DNA of 64,000 nt, from assembly GCF_009914755.1 (NCBI RefSeq), contig NC_060929.1; one strand, written 5' to 3'. Under the pieces are notes generated by a model. The model was given only the letters and a program-made list of their open reading frames with translations, made no database searches and had not been told where the DNA came from. Source of the DNA: the human T2T-CHM13v2.0 reference genome, Homo sapiens. Below, in pieces: positions 14,222-28,491 of the stretch; position 1 is the first letter of the stretch, and the number at the start of each line of letters is the position of its first letter. The position numbers and the translations under genes are program-made.

Positions 14222-14552
14222 TTAGTAAATGAAAGCTTTTGGCTCTCTCACTGACTTAGCACATGTCAGTGATAGATTAAATATAAAATGAAAAAAAATG
14301 TAAAGATAGCAACACTTAAAAAGAAGATAAATCTTTCTGTTTTGGAAAGAGAACAGAGGCACAAGGCAATGAGTGAGACTGGAAGACTGAATAGGCGGCT
14401 GTTGGTTCAGGGTATGGAAGGGTTTGTTAATCTAGCTTTTATAGTGTAGGGTCACTCTGTGAAACCAAGGGCAGTAAGAGACATGCTTTTCCCTCCTCAG
14501 CAACATGAAAGGGGACTAAATCGTATGTTGCTGAGATTGTGTTGGTATAAAC

Positions 14553-14797
14553 CAGTGATTCTCAACTGGGGGGTTGGGGATTTTGCCCCCCCACACCACC
14601 ATGGGCCATTCTATCACATCTGAAAATGCTTTGAGTTGTCACATGGGAGGGTGTGGAGGTGCTACTGCTGTCTAGTTGGTAGAGACCAGAGATGCTACTA
14701 AACATCTAACAATGCACAAAAGTGCTGAAGTCCAACTGTATCTAGCTGGTAGAGACCAGAGATGCTGATAATCATTCTCCAATGCACAAAACTGCAG
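14553..14797 (+). mobile_element. MER20 with an internal 70-bp tandem duplication
   Basis: Starts cagtgattctcaactgggg. tctag(t/c)tggtagagaccagagatgct occurs at both 14671 and 14741. Confidence 0.75.
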
Positions 14798-15388
14798 GAA
14801 ACCCAGTTCCAGAACAAGAAACCCTGGACTAAGTACAGCACAGCACCAGGAGCTAAGCCAGTAGGCTGGTTGACTTAGTAACGAGTATGCGAAATGTCCA
14901 GAATTACTGTGGGCCTGAATCATCCAGATGTTCATGTAGATCTGGCTCTGGGCTGGAGGCCTCAGGAAGAAGTGGTACAGGTAAGTACAGCATGAGAGAA
15001 TGTGGAGTGAAGGCAGGTAGAAAGAAAACTAACCAACCGATCAACAAAGCCTCCTTGAAATTTGTCTACAACATGAAATTCCATAACACAGGAAGAAAAC
15101 TATTAATGACAAAGTGAACTCAACAAAATCATCCATGAAATATACAGTTATATCAATTAAATTAAAACAATAGAATAATCTGAAAAGGACTTTAAGAATT
15201 TAGGATTCATTAAGAAATAATAGAATACTATCCAAAACAGAATATAAGAATATTTAAAACAAAAACATGCACATATTAGGCAGGAACGTGGGGGATAAGA
15301 GAAACAATTCCAAAAATTGGAAATACAAACTTTATCATTAAAACAAAAACTCAAGAAATAGGATAAAATCTGCATTGGACACTCTAGA

Positions 15389-15499
15389 TAGGGTGAGCAA
15401 CTTTCCTGGTCTGTCTGGAATTGAAAGGTTTCTAGGACATGGGATGTTAGTGCTAAAACTGGGAGAGTGCTGGACACACTAGGACAGTTGGTGACTCAA
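15389..15499 (+). mobile_element. MER81-like hAT-Blackjack element
   Basis: Terminal inverted repeats TAGGGTGAGCAAC...GTTGGTGACTCA, about 110 bp. Confidence 0.7.
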
Positions 15500-15747
15500 C
15501 ACATACGAAAAAAAGTTGTGAATGGAAAGATGAAGCTGATAAATGGATTTAAGATTCATCAAAGAGAGACACAGAGATAAAAAGTTTGGAAGAGCAATTA
15601 AAATCATGGAGGATAGGTGATCAGAGACTAGCTTTAATAGGAGCTTTAGACAAAAAGCATAGGAAGGAGGAAATGATAGAGTAATGGCTTTGAAAAGATA
15701 ATGGCTGAGAATTCTAAAGAATTGAAGAAAGTCATTAGGCTTTAGAT

Positions 15748-15968
15748 CAGAGATTGGCAACTATAGCTTGTTGGGTAAATCCAGACTGACATCCATTTTT
15801 ATAAAAAAGTTTTATTGGAGCACAGCCACACCCATTTATTATGCATTGTCTATGGCTACTTTCTTGTTACAACAGTAGAGTTCAATAGCTGTGACAGATG
15901 TCAGAGGGCCTGCAAAGCCTAAAACATTGACTACTGGGCTCTTTAGATAAAATATTCTTAGCCTCCTG
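15748..15968 (-). mobile_element. MER58A
   Basis: Reverse-oriented homolog of 4783-5004 (…aaagttttattggagcacagccacaccc…gcctgcaaagcctaaaa…). Confidence 0.75.
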
Positions 15969-16580
15969 TTTTAAATTGATACTAGGAGTACCAAGCAGGA
16001 TAAGTAAAAATAAATTCACGTCTCTGTGAAGCATAGTAAAAGCTCAGAACATAAAGGTTTTAAAGGAGGTGACAATTTTAAATACAAGGAATGACAATTA
16101 GATTTGAAAGCACACTTCCACTGGCAACAAAGGAAGTGAGAAGCCAATCAAGTAAGTCTGTAAAGTGGTGAGGAAAAGTAACTATATATTTAGAATATTT
16201 ATAGTCAGCTCAACTATCATTTAAGAGTGATGTCAAAATGAAGTTCTCAGTCATTTGAAGACCTATACTGTATACATCGTAGTATATAATATTCCTATTC
16301 TTCCAAATTGTTGATGTTCTTTGACATGACCCTGAATGCGTGGGGATTATACATCCTCATAAATTCTGCCCTGTTTAACTGAGATATGTCCATATGACTT
16401 ACTTTGGCCAATTAAGTGTAAATGACAGTGATGTTCATTTCCTCCAAGCAGAAGTTTTAAGAACCAGAAATAGGGTTGAAGGATTGTATTAAATGGGCAA
16501 TTACCCTGTATTAAGATCCTGGTTGTGTTTGGGTAATAATAGTAGAAATATTGAATAATCTTAGAGATTGTTAGACAGCA

Positions 16581-16832
16581 ATCACAGGAACAGAAAACCA
16601 AACACTGCATGTTCTCACACATGAGTGGGAGTTGAACAATGAGAACATATGGACACAGGGAGGGGAACAACACACACCAGGGCCTGTTGGGGGATGGGGA
16701 GCGAGGGGAGGGAACATAGAGGATGGGTCAATAGGTGCAGCAAACCACCATGGCACACATGTACCTATGTGACAAACCTGCACGTTCTGCACATGTATCT
16801 CCGAACTTAAAGTAGAATTAAAAAAAAAAAAA
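16581..16832 (+). mobile_element. 5'-truncated L1PA (L1PA8-10-like) 3' end with poly-A
   Basis: …catgttctcac…gtgggagttgaacaatgagaac…aacctgcacgttctgcacatgta…aaaaaa. TSD at 16563-16580 and 16893-16910. Confidence 0.88.
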
Positions 16833-16849
16833 GAACATGTGTAGACTAA

Positions 16850-16850
<1 letters not shown>

Positions 16851-16890
<40 letters not shown>
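16851..16890. repeat. (CA)20 microsatellite
   Basis: Read directly. Confidence 0.95.
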
Positions 16891-16893
<3 letters not shown>

Positions 16894-16983
16894 GAAATTG
16901 TTAGACAGCAGGCAAGAGTTATGTGTACCCGTGCAAGAAGATATATGAATCCAGAGCAAAAGAGCATAATTAAGAAACAATGA

Positions 16984-17292
16984 GGCTGGGTGCAGTGGCT
17001 CACGCCTGTACTCCCAGCACTTTGGGAGGCCAAGGCAGGTGGATCACTTGAGGTCAGGAGTTCAAGACCAACCTGGCTAACGTGGTGAAACCCCATTTCT
17101 ACTAAAAGGACAAAGATTAGCCAAGTGTGGTGGTGCGTGCCTGTAATCCCAGCTACTAGGGAGGCTGAGGTAGGAGAGCCACTTGAACCCAGGAGGCGGA
17201 GATTGCAGTGAGCAGAGATCGTGCTACTGCCCTCCAGCCTGGGCAACAAGGCGAGACTCTGTCTCAAAAAAAAGAAAAGAAAAGAAAAGAAA
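16984..17292 (+). mobile_element. AluSx/Sz
   Basis: Full dimer. TSD AAGAAACAATGA / AAGAAATAATGA. Confidence 0.92.
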
Positions 17293-17329
17293 TAATGATG
17301 AACATGGAATTTTATGAACTATATTGATC

Positions 17330-18560
17330 AGTGTAACAGAGTTGGAAGCCCAGAAGCAGAGTCCCACAAAGATGGGAAATGAACATGTGGCAGAGGAGGC
17401 ATTAGAAAGTGATGGGGGAAAAGAACAAGCTAACGTAAATAATACTGCAACCAGTGGTTATCCATATCAGCTAATATTAGATGCCTGCCTTGCATCACAA
17501 ATATAAATGGTATCCTTATGATTAAAGACCTAAACATGAAAATGGAGTCTTAAAAACAAGAACACTTCAAGGAAAAATTAGAAAAATGACTTTAATATTT
17601 AAGGGGTAGGGATTAATTTCTTAAAAGGACATCAAAAGCAGAAATGATAAAGACTTATTTTAAAATTTGACAACATTAAGATTTAAAACTTCTGTATAAA
17701 AAAGAGACACCAAAAGTAAAGTTAAAAAGAAGCCATAGACTGGGAGAGCAAAATTTGCAATGCTTGTAATTGACACAGGATTAATGCCTAGAATATATAA
17801 GAAATTCCTCTAAATCAACACGAAAAAAAAATCTATAAAAAATGGATGAAACACATGAGAGATAATTTACAGAAGGGTTTATTGGAATGGCTAATAAACT
17901 TGTGAAAACATGTTTCATCTCAGTTATAATCAGAAAAATTAAAACTAAAACAATAATGAAGTACAGTTTTACGTGTAACAAATTGTCAAAACTCTATCAA
18001 TAAATATGACAATGTCAAGTTTTAGGGATGATGTAGAGAAATGGCAACTTTTGTACAAGGCTGATGGGAGGTAAATCATTACAATGACCTTAAAGAACAA
18101 GTTGCTAATGTTAGATAAACTTGAAGGTTCTCATACCCTCTATGCCAAAGGATGTTCATCTACCACTGTTTGAAATTGAAAATAATGGCAACAAATCAAA
18201 TGTTGGAGAATACATGAATAAATTACAATAGAATTACACAGCAATTCAATAGATTGAATGTGTCCAAAGGGATATTCTTGAAAAAAACCCAATGTAGAGT
18301 GAAAGAAGGCAAATTGCAGAAATCATGAAAAAAAATCTGGGCAAAACAATACTATATGTTTGGAGATATTATAAGTTTTATGGATACACACAGATAAAAT
18401 CAAAGCATAAAACCATGGCTGGGAAGGCTATTCTGAAAGGCACTTTAAAAATAGTTGTTTCTGTGCTGTGGGAAGGAGGGACATAGAACTGGAAAAGGGC
18501 AGAAAGGGACTTTAATTTTCTCTTTTTTAGTTTTAAAATAGATGCCAGAACAGTAATATG
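17330..18560 (+). mobile_element. Ancient L1ME-like ORF2 end and 3'UTR remnant
   Basis: Degenerate L1 text (…atttaaaacttctgt…, …gactgggagag…tttgcaatgc…, …ggatgttcat…). Confidence 0.6.
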
Positions 18561-19471
18561 CATTAATTGTAGGTTGTGAGTATATGAGCATTTGTTGTAT
18601 TATGTGTTTCATAATAATTTAAAAAGAGAAGGACATGAGAGAAAAGAAAGGGCGGATGGAATGGAGTGCTAGAATTGGGGAAGTGATATTGAAGTTGCCG
18701 AATCAAGAACTGGAGCCCCATGCCTACCCACTTCAAGAGCAAGGGTGCCACAAATTTAGTGTATTCTAACACATGCTCTAAGAAGTGTCTCACATCTCCT
18801 CCTAGATGCACTGATGTGTTATATGAGTGCAAGATATCAGCTAGAATTTGAGCCTCTTATCCTTGGCTTAAAACTAACTTGTCATAGTACAGGATTTTTT
18901 TTTTTTAACACAGTGGGATAGATCTTGCTGCAGAAGGTAGGTGTCCTCTTTTGCAGAAGGAGAGGATATGAATAGGCCAGGGATGGCAACAGGGAAGTGT
19001 GTGGAGTGATATTAGCCTATCACTCAGGACTATGATTGGCCTCCACAGCTTACCTAAAAGAAAAAAAAATCACCTCTTTAATTGAAGGAAGTGGATCAGA
19101 ACTCCAGCCCTCACAGGGAACCTTCTAGCTACGTTTCCATACTCTCAGATTTCCCTGGGACACCAGTTCTCAACTGGGGCTTCCATCATGGCCTACAGTT
19201 TATTTATTTTCACATCTTAGGACCTGTTCCCCTCAGAAATTCTGTACTTACTTTCTAACTTGGATGTAGTCAAATTTGGGGCCACACTTTTGAGGGAGAA
19301 CAGGAACAAAGCCAATATTTAAGGCCCAAGCCAGGATCAAGGCTATCTGGAGAGGATGCACGTCACTTCAGAAGTAGCCCTACCCTCAAAATATGAAGCA
19401 GGTAATGGCACCCACTCCTCAGCTCAGGTGTCTCCAGTGGCTGCTCTGGTGAACAGTATGATCAAATTCCA

Positions 19472-19991
19472 GGTCTGAATGTTTGTGTCCCTCCAAAATT
19501 CATGTGTCAAAATCCTATCCTCCAAGATGATGGTATTAGAAGGTGAGGCCTTTGGGGAGGTGCTTGGACGTAAGGACAGAGCCCTCACTCTGTGCCTTCT
19601 TTCACTCTACATTCGGATATTTTCAAGACATATCCCTTTGGACACATGCAGTTCAATCCAACATTTGACTTGTTGCCATTATTTTCAATTTCAAGCAGTG
19701 GTAGATGAACATTCTTTTGCATAGAGCTGCCATCCACACTTAATGCATATGGGATAATAATAATCCTTATAGGAGAAGCCAAAAGAGCTTATTTGTTCCT
19801 TCTGGTATGTGAGGACACAGCAAGAAGTTGGCAGTCTGCAATCTGCAAGAGGGCCCTTACAAGACTATGACCAATCTGGCATTCTGATCTTGGACTTTGT
19901 AGCCCGCAAAACTGTAAAAAATAAATTTCTGTTGTTTACGAGCTACCCAGTCTAAGGTGTTTTGCTATGGCAGCCCAAATGGACTAAGGCA
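19472..19991 (+). mobile_element. MLT1A-like MaLR LTR split by an inserted inverted duplicate (19588-19742)
   Basis: Left part ctgaatgtttgtgtccctccaaaattcat...gagccctca; right part atgggat...aataaatttctgttgttt...ggactaaggca. Confidence 0.82.
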
Positions 19992-20496
19992 GCCTTAAGA
20001 CCCAGCATTCATGTGGCCACTGCCTGTTCCATAAAGCCATCTCTTGTCACTCTCTTCTTCTCTTGCCTATTCTCCAGCCATCCTGGTCTTTTTACAGCTC
20101 CAAGCTCTCTCCTGCCTCACCTCTTTTGCACCTGCCACTTCCTCAGCTTGAAATGCTTTCTACCCCCATTTACCCCATGCCCAACTCATTCTCACTTTTT
20201 GGTGTAGCAATGCTCAACCCTCACTGAGCCCCACCTCAAGTTTCAGTTTCATTGGTTTCGGGGCCTGAGAAGAGGGATGTTTTATAAGCTGCTGTAGTGA
20301 TTCCCATGTGCAGCCAGAGTAGAGAACTACTGCTTCAGCCTGAACATCCCCTCATCAGAGACCAGACACCTCTCTCAAGAGGATTTCTCCCCTCCATTTT
20401 CTATCTCAGCTCCTCATTTGCCTCCTTCAGAGCTCAGTGCAAGGTATTTTATTTATTTGTTCACTTTGATGTTTTTGATCTATTACTTCCCAGGAA

Positions 20497-21275
<779 letters not shown>

Positions 21276-22489
21276 ACCCTAAGTGTAACCCGTGGGAAGC
21301 CTGGACACCATGTGTTGTTCACCCTGCATTCCAATGACTAGCAGAGTGCAGACTTGAAGTAGGAGCTCAAATAACCTTTGTTGAATGAATGAGTGACAGT
21401 GCAATTTGACTACACTCCTTTCAGGAGCTCCCATGTAGCTTAAAAACTGGATGAAAGGAACAAAACAAACCAGAAACCCCAAACACAATTTTTACTGTTT
21501 TTTTTTTTTTTTACTGACCTAAGGTTTATGCATAAAATACAAAAAAAAATTGTACATGACTAGAACATCTATTTCTTCATTTCTTCCAGAAAATTCTACA
21601 ATTTAAAATGTACCTAAAATTACTTGCCAAGTAAACAAGTATTATTCTATTGTTTTCATTTTAGGACTGTAAAGTGAGCTGATCTAAGGATATAGATTAA
21701 GTCAATTTCCACAGGGGCAGATAAAGTAGAATTCTACTGCCTCTTCTCCCACTTCTAAAATCTAGAATCACACTATGAATAAGGATGTAGGGGAACACCT
21801 AAGCCAACTCTGTATCTTGACTGAGCCTCTTGAAAGAGGGCTGAAGAGATAGGGTCAAGATTCCACAGGGAGAAATGGGAAGGTTGAGCTGGAACCCAGC
21901 ACCCCTTGCTAGGTTGGAAGATGAGCCCAGTGTCGTATGTCCAATGCCCATCAATCTAAATATCTAATGTATCTATCTTCATAAAACACCAAGTGCCTTT
22001 GTGCTTCATTCTCACACATTTCCACAGTTTCCTTACCAATAAGTTACAGGGAAAGGGCAATAAAAGGTGAATTTCCTTATAACCACTTGGTCCCCTTTTG
22101 GCTTGCTCCCTTCCTGGACAGTTCAGGAAGTGGGGGAGGTGGGGATTGGTCACAGTGGTGACACAGCAGATGAGCTTGGGGTGGAGAAGGGAGTTATGTA
22201 GTCATTAAGCCCTGCTTTCTGGATCCTGGGATAAAGAACCACAAAGCCAGGCATTCCTTCAGTCTCTCATCCCAGTGGCCTCTGCAACATTTCAATAAAG
22301 TGCACTTTCTGAAAGTAGGAAAACTCATAGTGACCATAGCAGAAGCAGACATGACAGCTGATCCTCAAGCCTACCAGACATGGTCACCAGCCTGAGAATG
22401 GACCTGGCACACCCCTAAAGGCCAGTCCTGGGCTTTTCTTTGACTACCAGCTTGTCTTCCTAGGTATCTACTTTTTCTGAGACGTAACA

Positions 22490-22700
22490 AAATGTAGAGG
22501 AGCTCCGGCTCTGAGAACAGATAAAATCGTCCTCAAATTCCAGGCCCAATATTCAGTAGCTGTGTGGCTGTTAGAAAATTACTTACTCTCTACAAGACTC
22601 AGTTTACTCAACTAGAAAACAGGGGGAATAGGAATAACTATTTGCAGGAATTGTTAGAGGAATTTAATGAGATAGTGTATGTCAGGGCTTAGCAATGCTA
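22490..22700 (+). mobile_element. MIR
   Basis: …agctgtgtggctgtt…ttacttactctct…ctcagtttactca… MIR core. Confidence 0.6.
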
Positions 22701-22877
22701 ACTGCCAGTATTACTCTCCTGCAATCACTAGGAGTTTCTATGCATACTTTGGAAACTATTTATTTGGGGCTGAAATACAGGAATCCAACATCCATCCAGT
22801 GCCCGGCATGTGCCTGTATTATCACAGGGGCTTTATAATTGCAATCTTACTCTCCACAACAATCCTGTGGGATAGCT

Positions 22878-22908
<31 letters not shown>

Positions 22909-22922
22909 CGTCATCACCATCA
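22878..22922. repeat. (CAT)n trinucleotide repeat
   Basis: About 10 perfect units plus a degenerate tail. Confidence 0.9.
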
Positions 22923-23735
22923 TTGGATGAGGAAACAAACCCAAAGCTTAAGTGACTTATGGAAAACAAGTAGTAAGCAAAACAAGTCAACAAGAAGCCA
23001 GGGATATAGCCTGTTGACTGTATCTGATCTCTTTCAAGGAGAAAAAATGGAGTTTTTTCCTTTCTTTAATATGCTACATGGCTTTCTGCCACTTGTTGAA
23101 GAATGTCAGCAGCAATGTTAGGGAGAAAGAAATTAAGGGGAAGTAACTTAATTTTGAAGTATAACCTTTTCATGCTACAAAAATAGGCATGGGAATACAA
23201 AGATAAGCATGTATATGCCATAATTGCACTGAGAAATTCACTTACTATGCCATTATATAGTAAGAAACTTAAAGTATGCTGCTTAACAACAAGGTAACTT
23301 GTGTTAGAAGTTTTAAATATATGTAGGTTTTCACCTGGCTACTTTGCTAGGAATTCTGTCAATGCAAAATAATCAGACAAAGTATATAAAAAATGCTTGT
23401 GACAGTCTTGTCTATATCACCATAAGGAAAGAAAAAGAGACAACTGAAATGTCCAACTCTATGGAACTGATTAAAACAAATTGTGGGCTACTACACAATT
23501 ATTAAAAATGATTTATCATTAAAAACTACATTGTAACTCCAATATTATTAAAGATATTTTAAATAAAATGTGAGGAAATAGTTCATAAAGTATATAACAC
23601 TTATAAAATTACATTTATAAAATATGCATTTAAAATGATGACATTCTCGAAGGATCTGTACTAACCTGGTGATTGTCCCTTAGTTGACAGAATTATAGAA
23701 CACGCTTAATGTTTCATTTCTGTATATTTATATTT

Positions 23736-24027
23736 CTTTTTTTCTTTTTTTTTTTTTTGAATACAGGGTTGCTTGGGTTGGAGTGTGGTGACATGATCAT
23801 TCATCACTGCCGCCTTGAACTCCTGAGCTCAAATAATCCTCCTGCATCAGCCTCCCTAGTAGGTGGGACAACAGGCATGCACCACTAGGCCTGGCTGATT
23901 TATTTTTTTACTTTATTTTTTATAGAGATGACATCTTGCTTTGTTGCCCCGGCTGGTCTTGAACTCCTTAAGTAATCCTCCCACTTTGACCTCCCAAAAA
24001 ATTGGGATTACAGGCATGAGCCTGACC
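23736..24027 (-). mobile_element. AluJ (Jo/Jr-like)
   Basis: Diverged reverse Alu with J-type gccttgaactcctgagctcaa. Confidence 0.85.
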
Positions 24028-24072
24028 ATTATCTATATTTCTAAGAAGTTTTTTTTGAGAAATATGTGTTAT

Positions 24073-24368
<296 letters not shown>

Positions 24369-24512
24369 ATGTTACTTTTATTATAAGAAAACAATAATCT
24401 TTAAAAACATCGTTACTCATATATTATACCAAATACATGCTATCCAGTTAAACTTCCTTTTTTCCTGCTGTTATCTTGTTTTGCCTAAGAAAATCCAAAT
24501 AGCACTTTATAA

Positions 24513-24852
<340 letters not shown>

Positions 24853-26072
24853 AAGGTCAAGCTGTTTTCTAGGAATCCCGGACCTAAAGACCAAACTTGG
24901 AAACGTAGAGGGATTTATAAGTCTCACTCCCACCTGAGCCTGAGACTGTCTTCTACAGGTGTTGCCGCAGGCAGGGTCATGCACTAACATTTCCTCTACC
25001 GTGTACTCCCCTTCTCAAGACTCAGTGACTTGCACGCTATCACTCTTCCTTCTTCCTCTCTCCCCCATGGGAAGATTACCCTCTCTCACCTCTACTCTTT
25101 CCCTATCCTAACTCAAGGTGCTTTCAGACAATACACAGTCACATCACACATCATTGAATGATCCCTTTATTCTCCCTGTTCCAATGTCTGCAATGCACAA
25201 TCTCCAATTGAGCAAGCACAGGAGTCATCGTCTCAACTCCTGTCTTCTCACTGGGGGCTGACAAAAGGCAGGTATCTTCTCCGTAATAAGAGAAGGAATA
25301 ACCAGTTTCCAGTCTTCTGGGGGCTGGGGAATAGCAGACAAAGACAGAAAATTAGCTCTCTTCTATACTCTGAGAGCATATGAACACCACATATATTTTG
25401 GGAGCCCTCCTTTTTTTTTCCCAAAGAAATAATGGAAAATTATGAAGCAGAATATTACTGCTGTAGTTCAGCTATGTTATGGGTTAAAGTAGTGCTGGGA
25501 ACCCACTCACCATTTTAAGTATGCTCCAAATAATGACTTCCCATTAATTTTGAGAAGACAATCTGTCCTTAAGGTTAAGACTGTTTGGGCTTTTTTTGCG
25601 TCTCTTAATTAAAATAAAAAAATACATTTTCAAACAAAAGAGGTCCCTTTGTAAAATCTACTGTGTTATCAAAATGGCAATCACCATCATTAATGTTTCC
25701 CAACATTCGCCACTGGAGTCCTTTCCTGGGATCCAAACTGCTCATAACAGGAAACTCGACTAAATTACTGGGGCTGGCACCAAGCTATCCTATGAGGCAA
25801 AGACAAAGAATGCATATTTTCTTTCTGCAAGACAGTGCTCTTCCCCTATTCTGAAGGCTAGAATCAAAAAAAGGGAACTCTTGAAGCCATGTCTCTCAAC
25901 TGGCATGAACAAGACTCAGCAGCTTCATCAGCACAAGGAAAAAGTGGCCAAGCAAAATCCCAAAGGCTCAGAGGACCTGACTGTGAAGCACCCTCAACTC
26001 TGACTGTTCTATGCAGAGAAGAGTAGCACATTTGCCAGGAGACCAAGGAGAGTTATAAAATCTATTACTTAC

Positions 26073-26160
26073 CATTTTTATTGAAAAGAGTTGATATGCC
26101 TGGCACACAATGACCCCGAAGATGGTGCAGCTTGGATAGTGAATGTGCAAGTTAGCTATG
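26073..26160 (-). other. FYB1: Candidate FYB1 alternative first exon ending in an ATG at the donor (5' end unknown)
   Basis: Minus strand reads AATAAAAATG|GTAAGT (ATG 26075-26073, consensus donor). This fits the recalled FYB1 isoform whose first exon contributes only Met (M-DGKADVKSL...). Gene identity rests on synteny with C9. Confidence 0.65.
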
Positions 26161-26164
26161 CAGA

Positions 26165-26200
26165 GTGTACTTCCTTTTCTGAGCTGTGTGGTCTGTCCAG
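26165..26200 (-). promoter_or_regulatory. ETS/PU.1 and RUNX motifs upstream of the candidate FYB1 exon
   Basis: ACTTCCTTTT at 26169-26178 (AAAAGGAAGT on minus) and TGTGGT at 26187-26192. Confidence 0.45.
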
Positions 26201-26409
26201 CTTTCACACATTGATATGTGAGGCTACATTTGCATGTTATCTCAACCCTCAGAGCATTTGTATAGCTGGCCAGGTTTATCTTGTTATTATTTTTCAATAA
26301 TACAGGAACAGGTATAGATGTAGCTTTGAAGACTGAAAAATTGACACAAAATTTTTTAGAAGTACCTAGATATTAAATTTTGCTATACATTATTAATGTT
26401 TTATATAAC

Positions 26410-26455
26410 TTCTATATTTTTGGATACATATGTGTGTGTGTGTGTGTGTGTGTGT
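26410..26455. repeat. (TG)n microsatellite
   Basis: Read directly; about 250 bp upstream of the candidate FYB1 exon. Confidence 0.93.
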
Positions 26456-27560
26456 CTCCATCTCTCTCTTATCTATGAAAGACTCACACCAAAATGTGAA
26501 TAGCATTTGACTTGAGTGGATATATTATTATAAATAATTCTTTTTTTGTACTTTTTGGAGTTTTTCAAGTTTTCTATCTTGGGTATATAGCACTTGTGTA
26601 AAAACATAACTATAATCATTATTAAAAAGAGCAAAAGTATATGAAAATTTTAATAAGCAACTCCAATTATATTTAAATTCATATTACCAGTATTTAAATG
26701 AAGGAAACACTCATAAGCTTATCATAGAATGCCATTCATTTCCCTAAAAAAAAAGTACAGCTCAGTCTAGGTTCATGTATTAATTTTGGGGTAATATTTG
26801 TTAGCATCAGATGTTAAGGGCATAGTATTTGATCCCAAGTAGTCAGACTTTCCAATCATCCATGTACCTCTCTGAACACATTCTGATATACAGATTTGGC
26901 CCCTTTAATTGGAATATTTAGCCTTCTACTAAAGTAAGTTCAAGGGTAGAAGGTCATCTTTGTTTTCCATGGCAGAGGAAAGGCATGATTCCTTTTTTGG
27001 TGGTTGCAAATTTCCAGATCTTGTTGTAAGTATTACAGTGCTTATTTAGTATAAGGTCACCAAATTTCTATACATGATGCTGACCAAACACTAATTAATC
27101 CTATATCCATACAAAATCCTTTTTCAAAAAAGATGTTACCTGTTATTTATTCCTTAAAATAAAAATGTTTTCAAAATTAAGACATAATTAGAAATTAATA
27201 GGACAGGCAAAAAGCCAGGGTAGGGGTTGAGTTCCAGAAGTAGAAACTGAGATTGTCCTGAAAACTTTACATATTATAAAGAGGGATGTGAGGCATGGTC
27301 AGAATCTGGTGGATGGTCAGGAATCTGAAATTGCACATTATCTTACACATAATACATGCTTAATGAATGAATAGAGGAGGAAGAGCAAAGCAAGAGCGAG
27401 GTATGGGACCCAGGCATACTTTTAAGTATAACACATTTTCCAGAATGCTTTGAAATGGAGACATTCTTTACTTTCACTAGAAAGCCTCTTATCTACTGTC
27501 TGTTAGAATAGAGATCATCAAAGTGCAGATACAGCTTAGGGTAAAGAGAATCACTCTAAA

Positions 27561-27732
27561 GCAGTGGTTCTCAACCTGGCTGCACATTAAAATCACCTGG
27601 GATGTTTTAAGTCTCAGCTCCCAGGCTTCACCCCAGGTTATTATATGAAAATCTGGGGTTGAAACTCAGGCATCAGTGTATTTCAAAGCTCACCATGTGA
27701 TTCCAAGGTATGTGCATATTTGAGAGCCTTTG
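27561..27732 (+). mobile_element. MER5A/B
   Basis: gcagtggttctcaacctggctgcacatt…tttgagagcc. Confidence 0.7.
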
Positions 27733-27887
27733 CCTTAAAAGAAGGAGCAGGTGACTCATACTAGCAAGATAGTGAACAGATCACCAGGCCAGCCTTGTGG
27801 GTAGAAATAATCGTGACACTCTGACACTGTTCTCTACTAAGTTAATCAACATGTTTACCCCATGTACTACATAAAAATTACTTAATC

Positions 27888-28214
<327 letters not shown>

Positions 28215-28491
28215 TCATGCTACAATTTCCTCTCTATACCAGTAAGTTGGACACAAATTACATGATAAACAGGAATCTAGCAATTATTCAGTTAACAGTG
28301 TAATTTATTGGGTAAGTCTCTGGTTAAGAGAACTTTGAATTTCAATTCATCCATCTAAATTCCATTTCAAGTTGTGCTTATTTCCAAATGCAGATTAAGG
28401 TAATTTTTAGTTGTTATTGAAATAAATTTAGTGGTCTTTCAAACACATATATTTAAGAAAAGTATTTTTGGCTAAGAAAAAAAAAGAAGTT

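Larger units (their letters stand above)
15060..16260 (+). mobile_element. Ancient L1M/HAL1 ORF1-like remnant, interrupted by MER81 and MER58A
   Basis: A-rich degenerate ORF1-like text (…atggctgagaattct…, …agaatatttatagtcagctcaactatcatttaag…). Confidence 0.5.

Noticed and set aside
22679-22930. ORF with a poly-histidine run
   Set aside because: The His run is simply the (CAT)n microsatellite in MIR-rich sequence.
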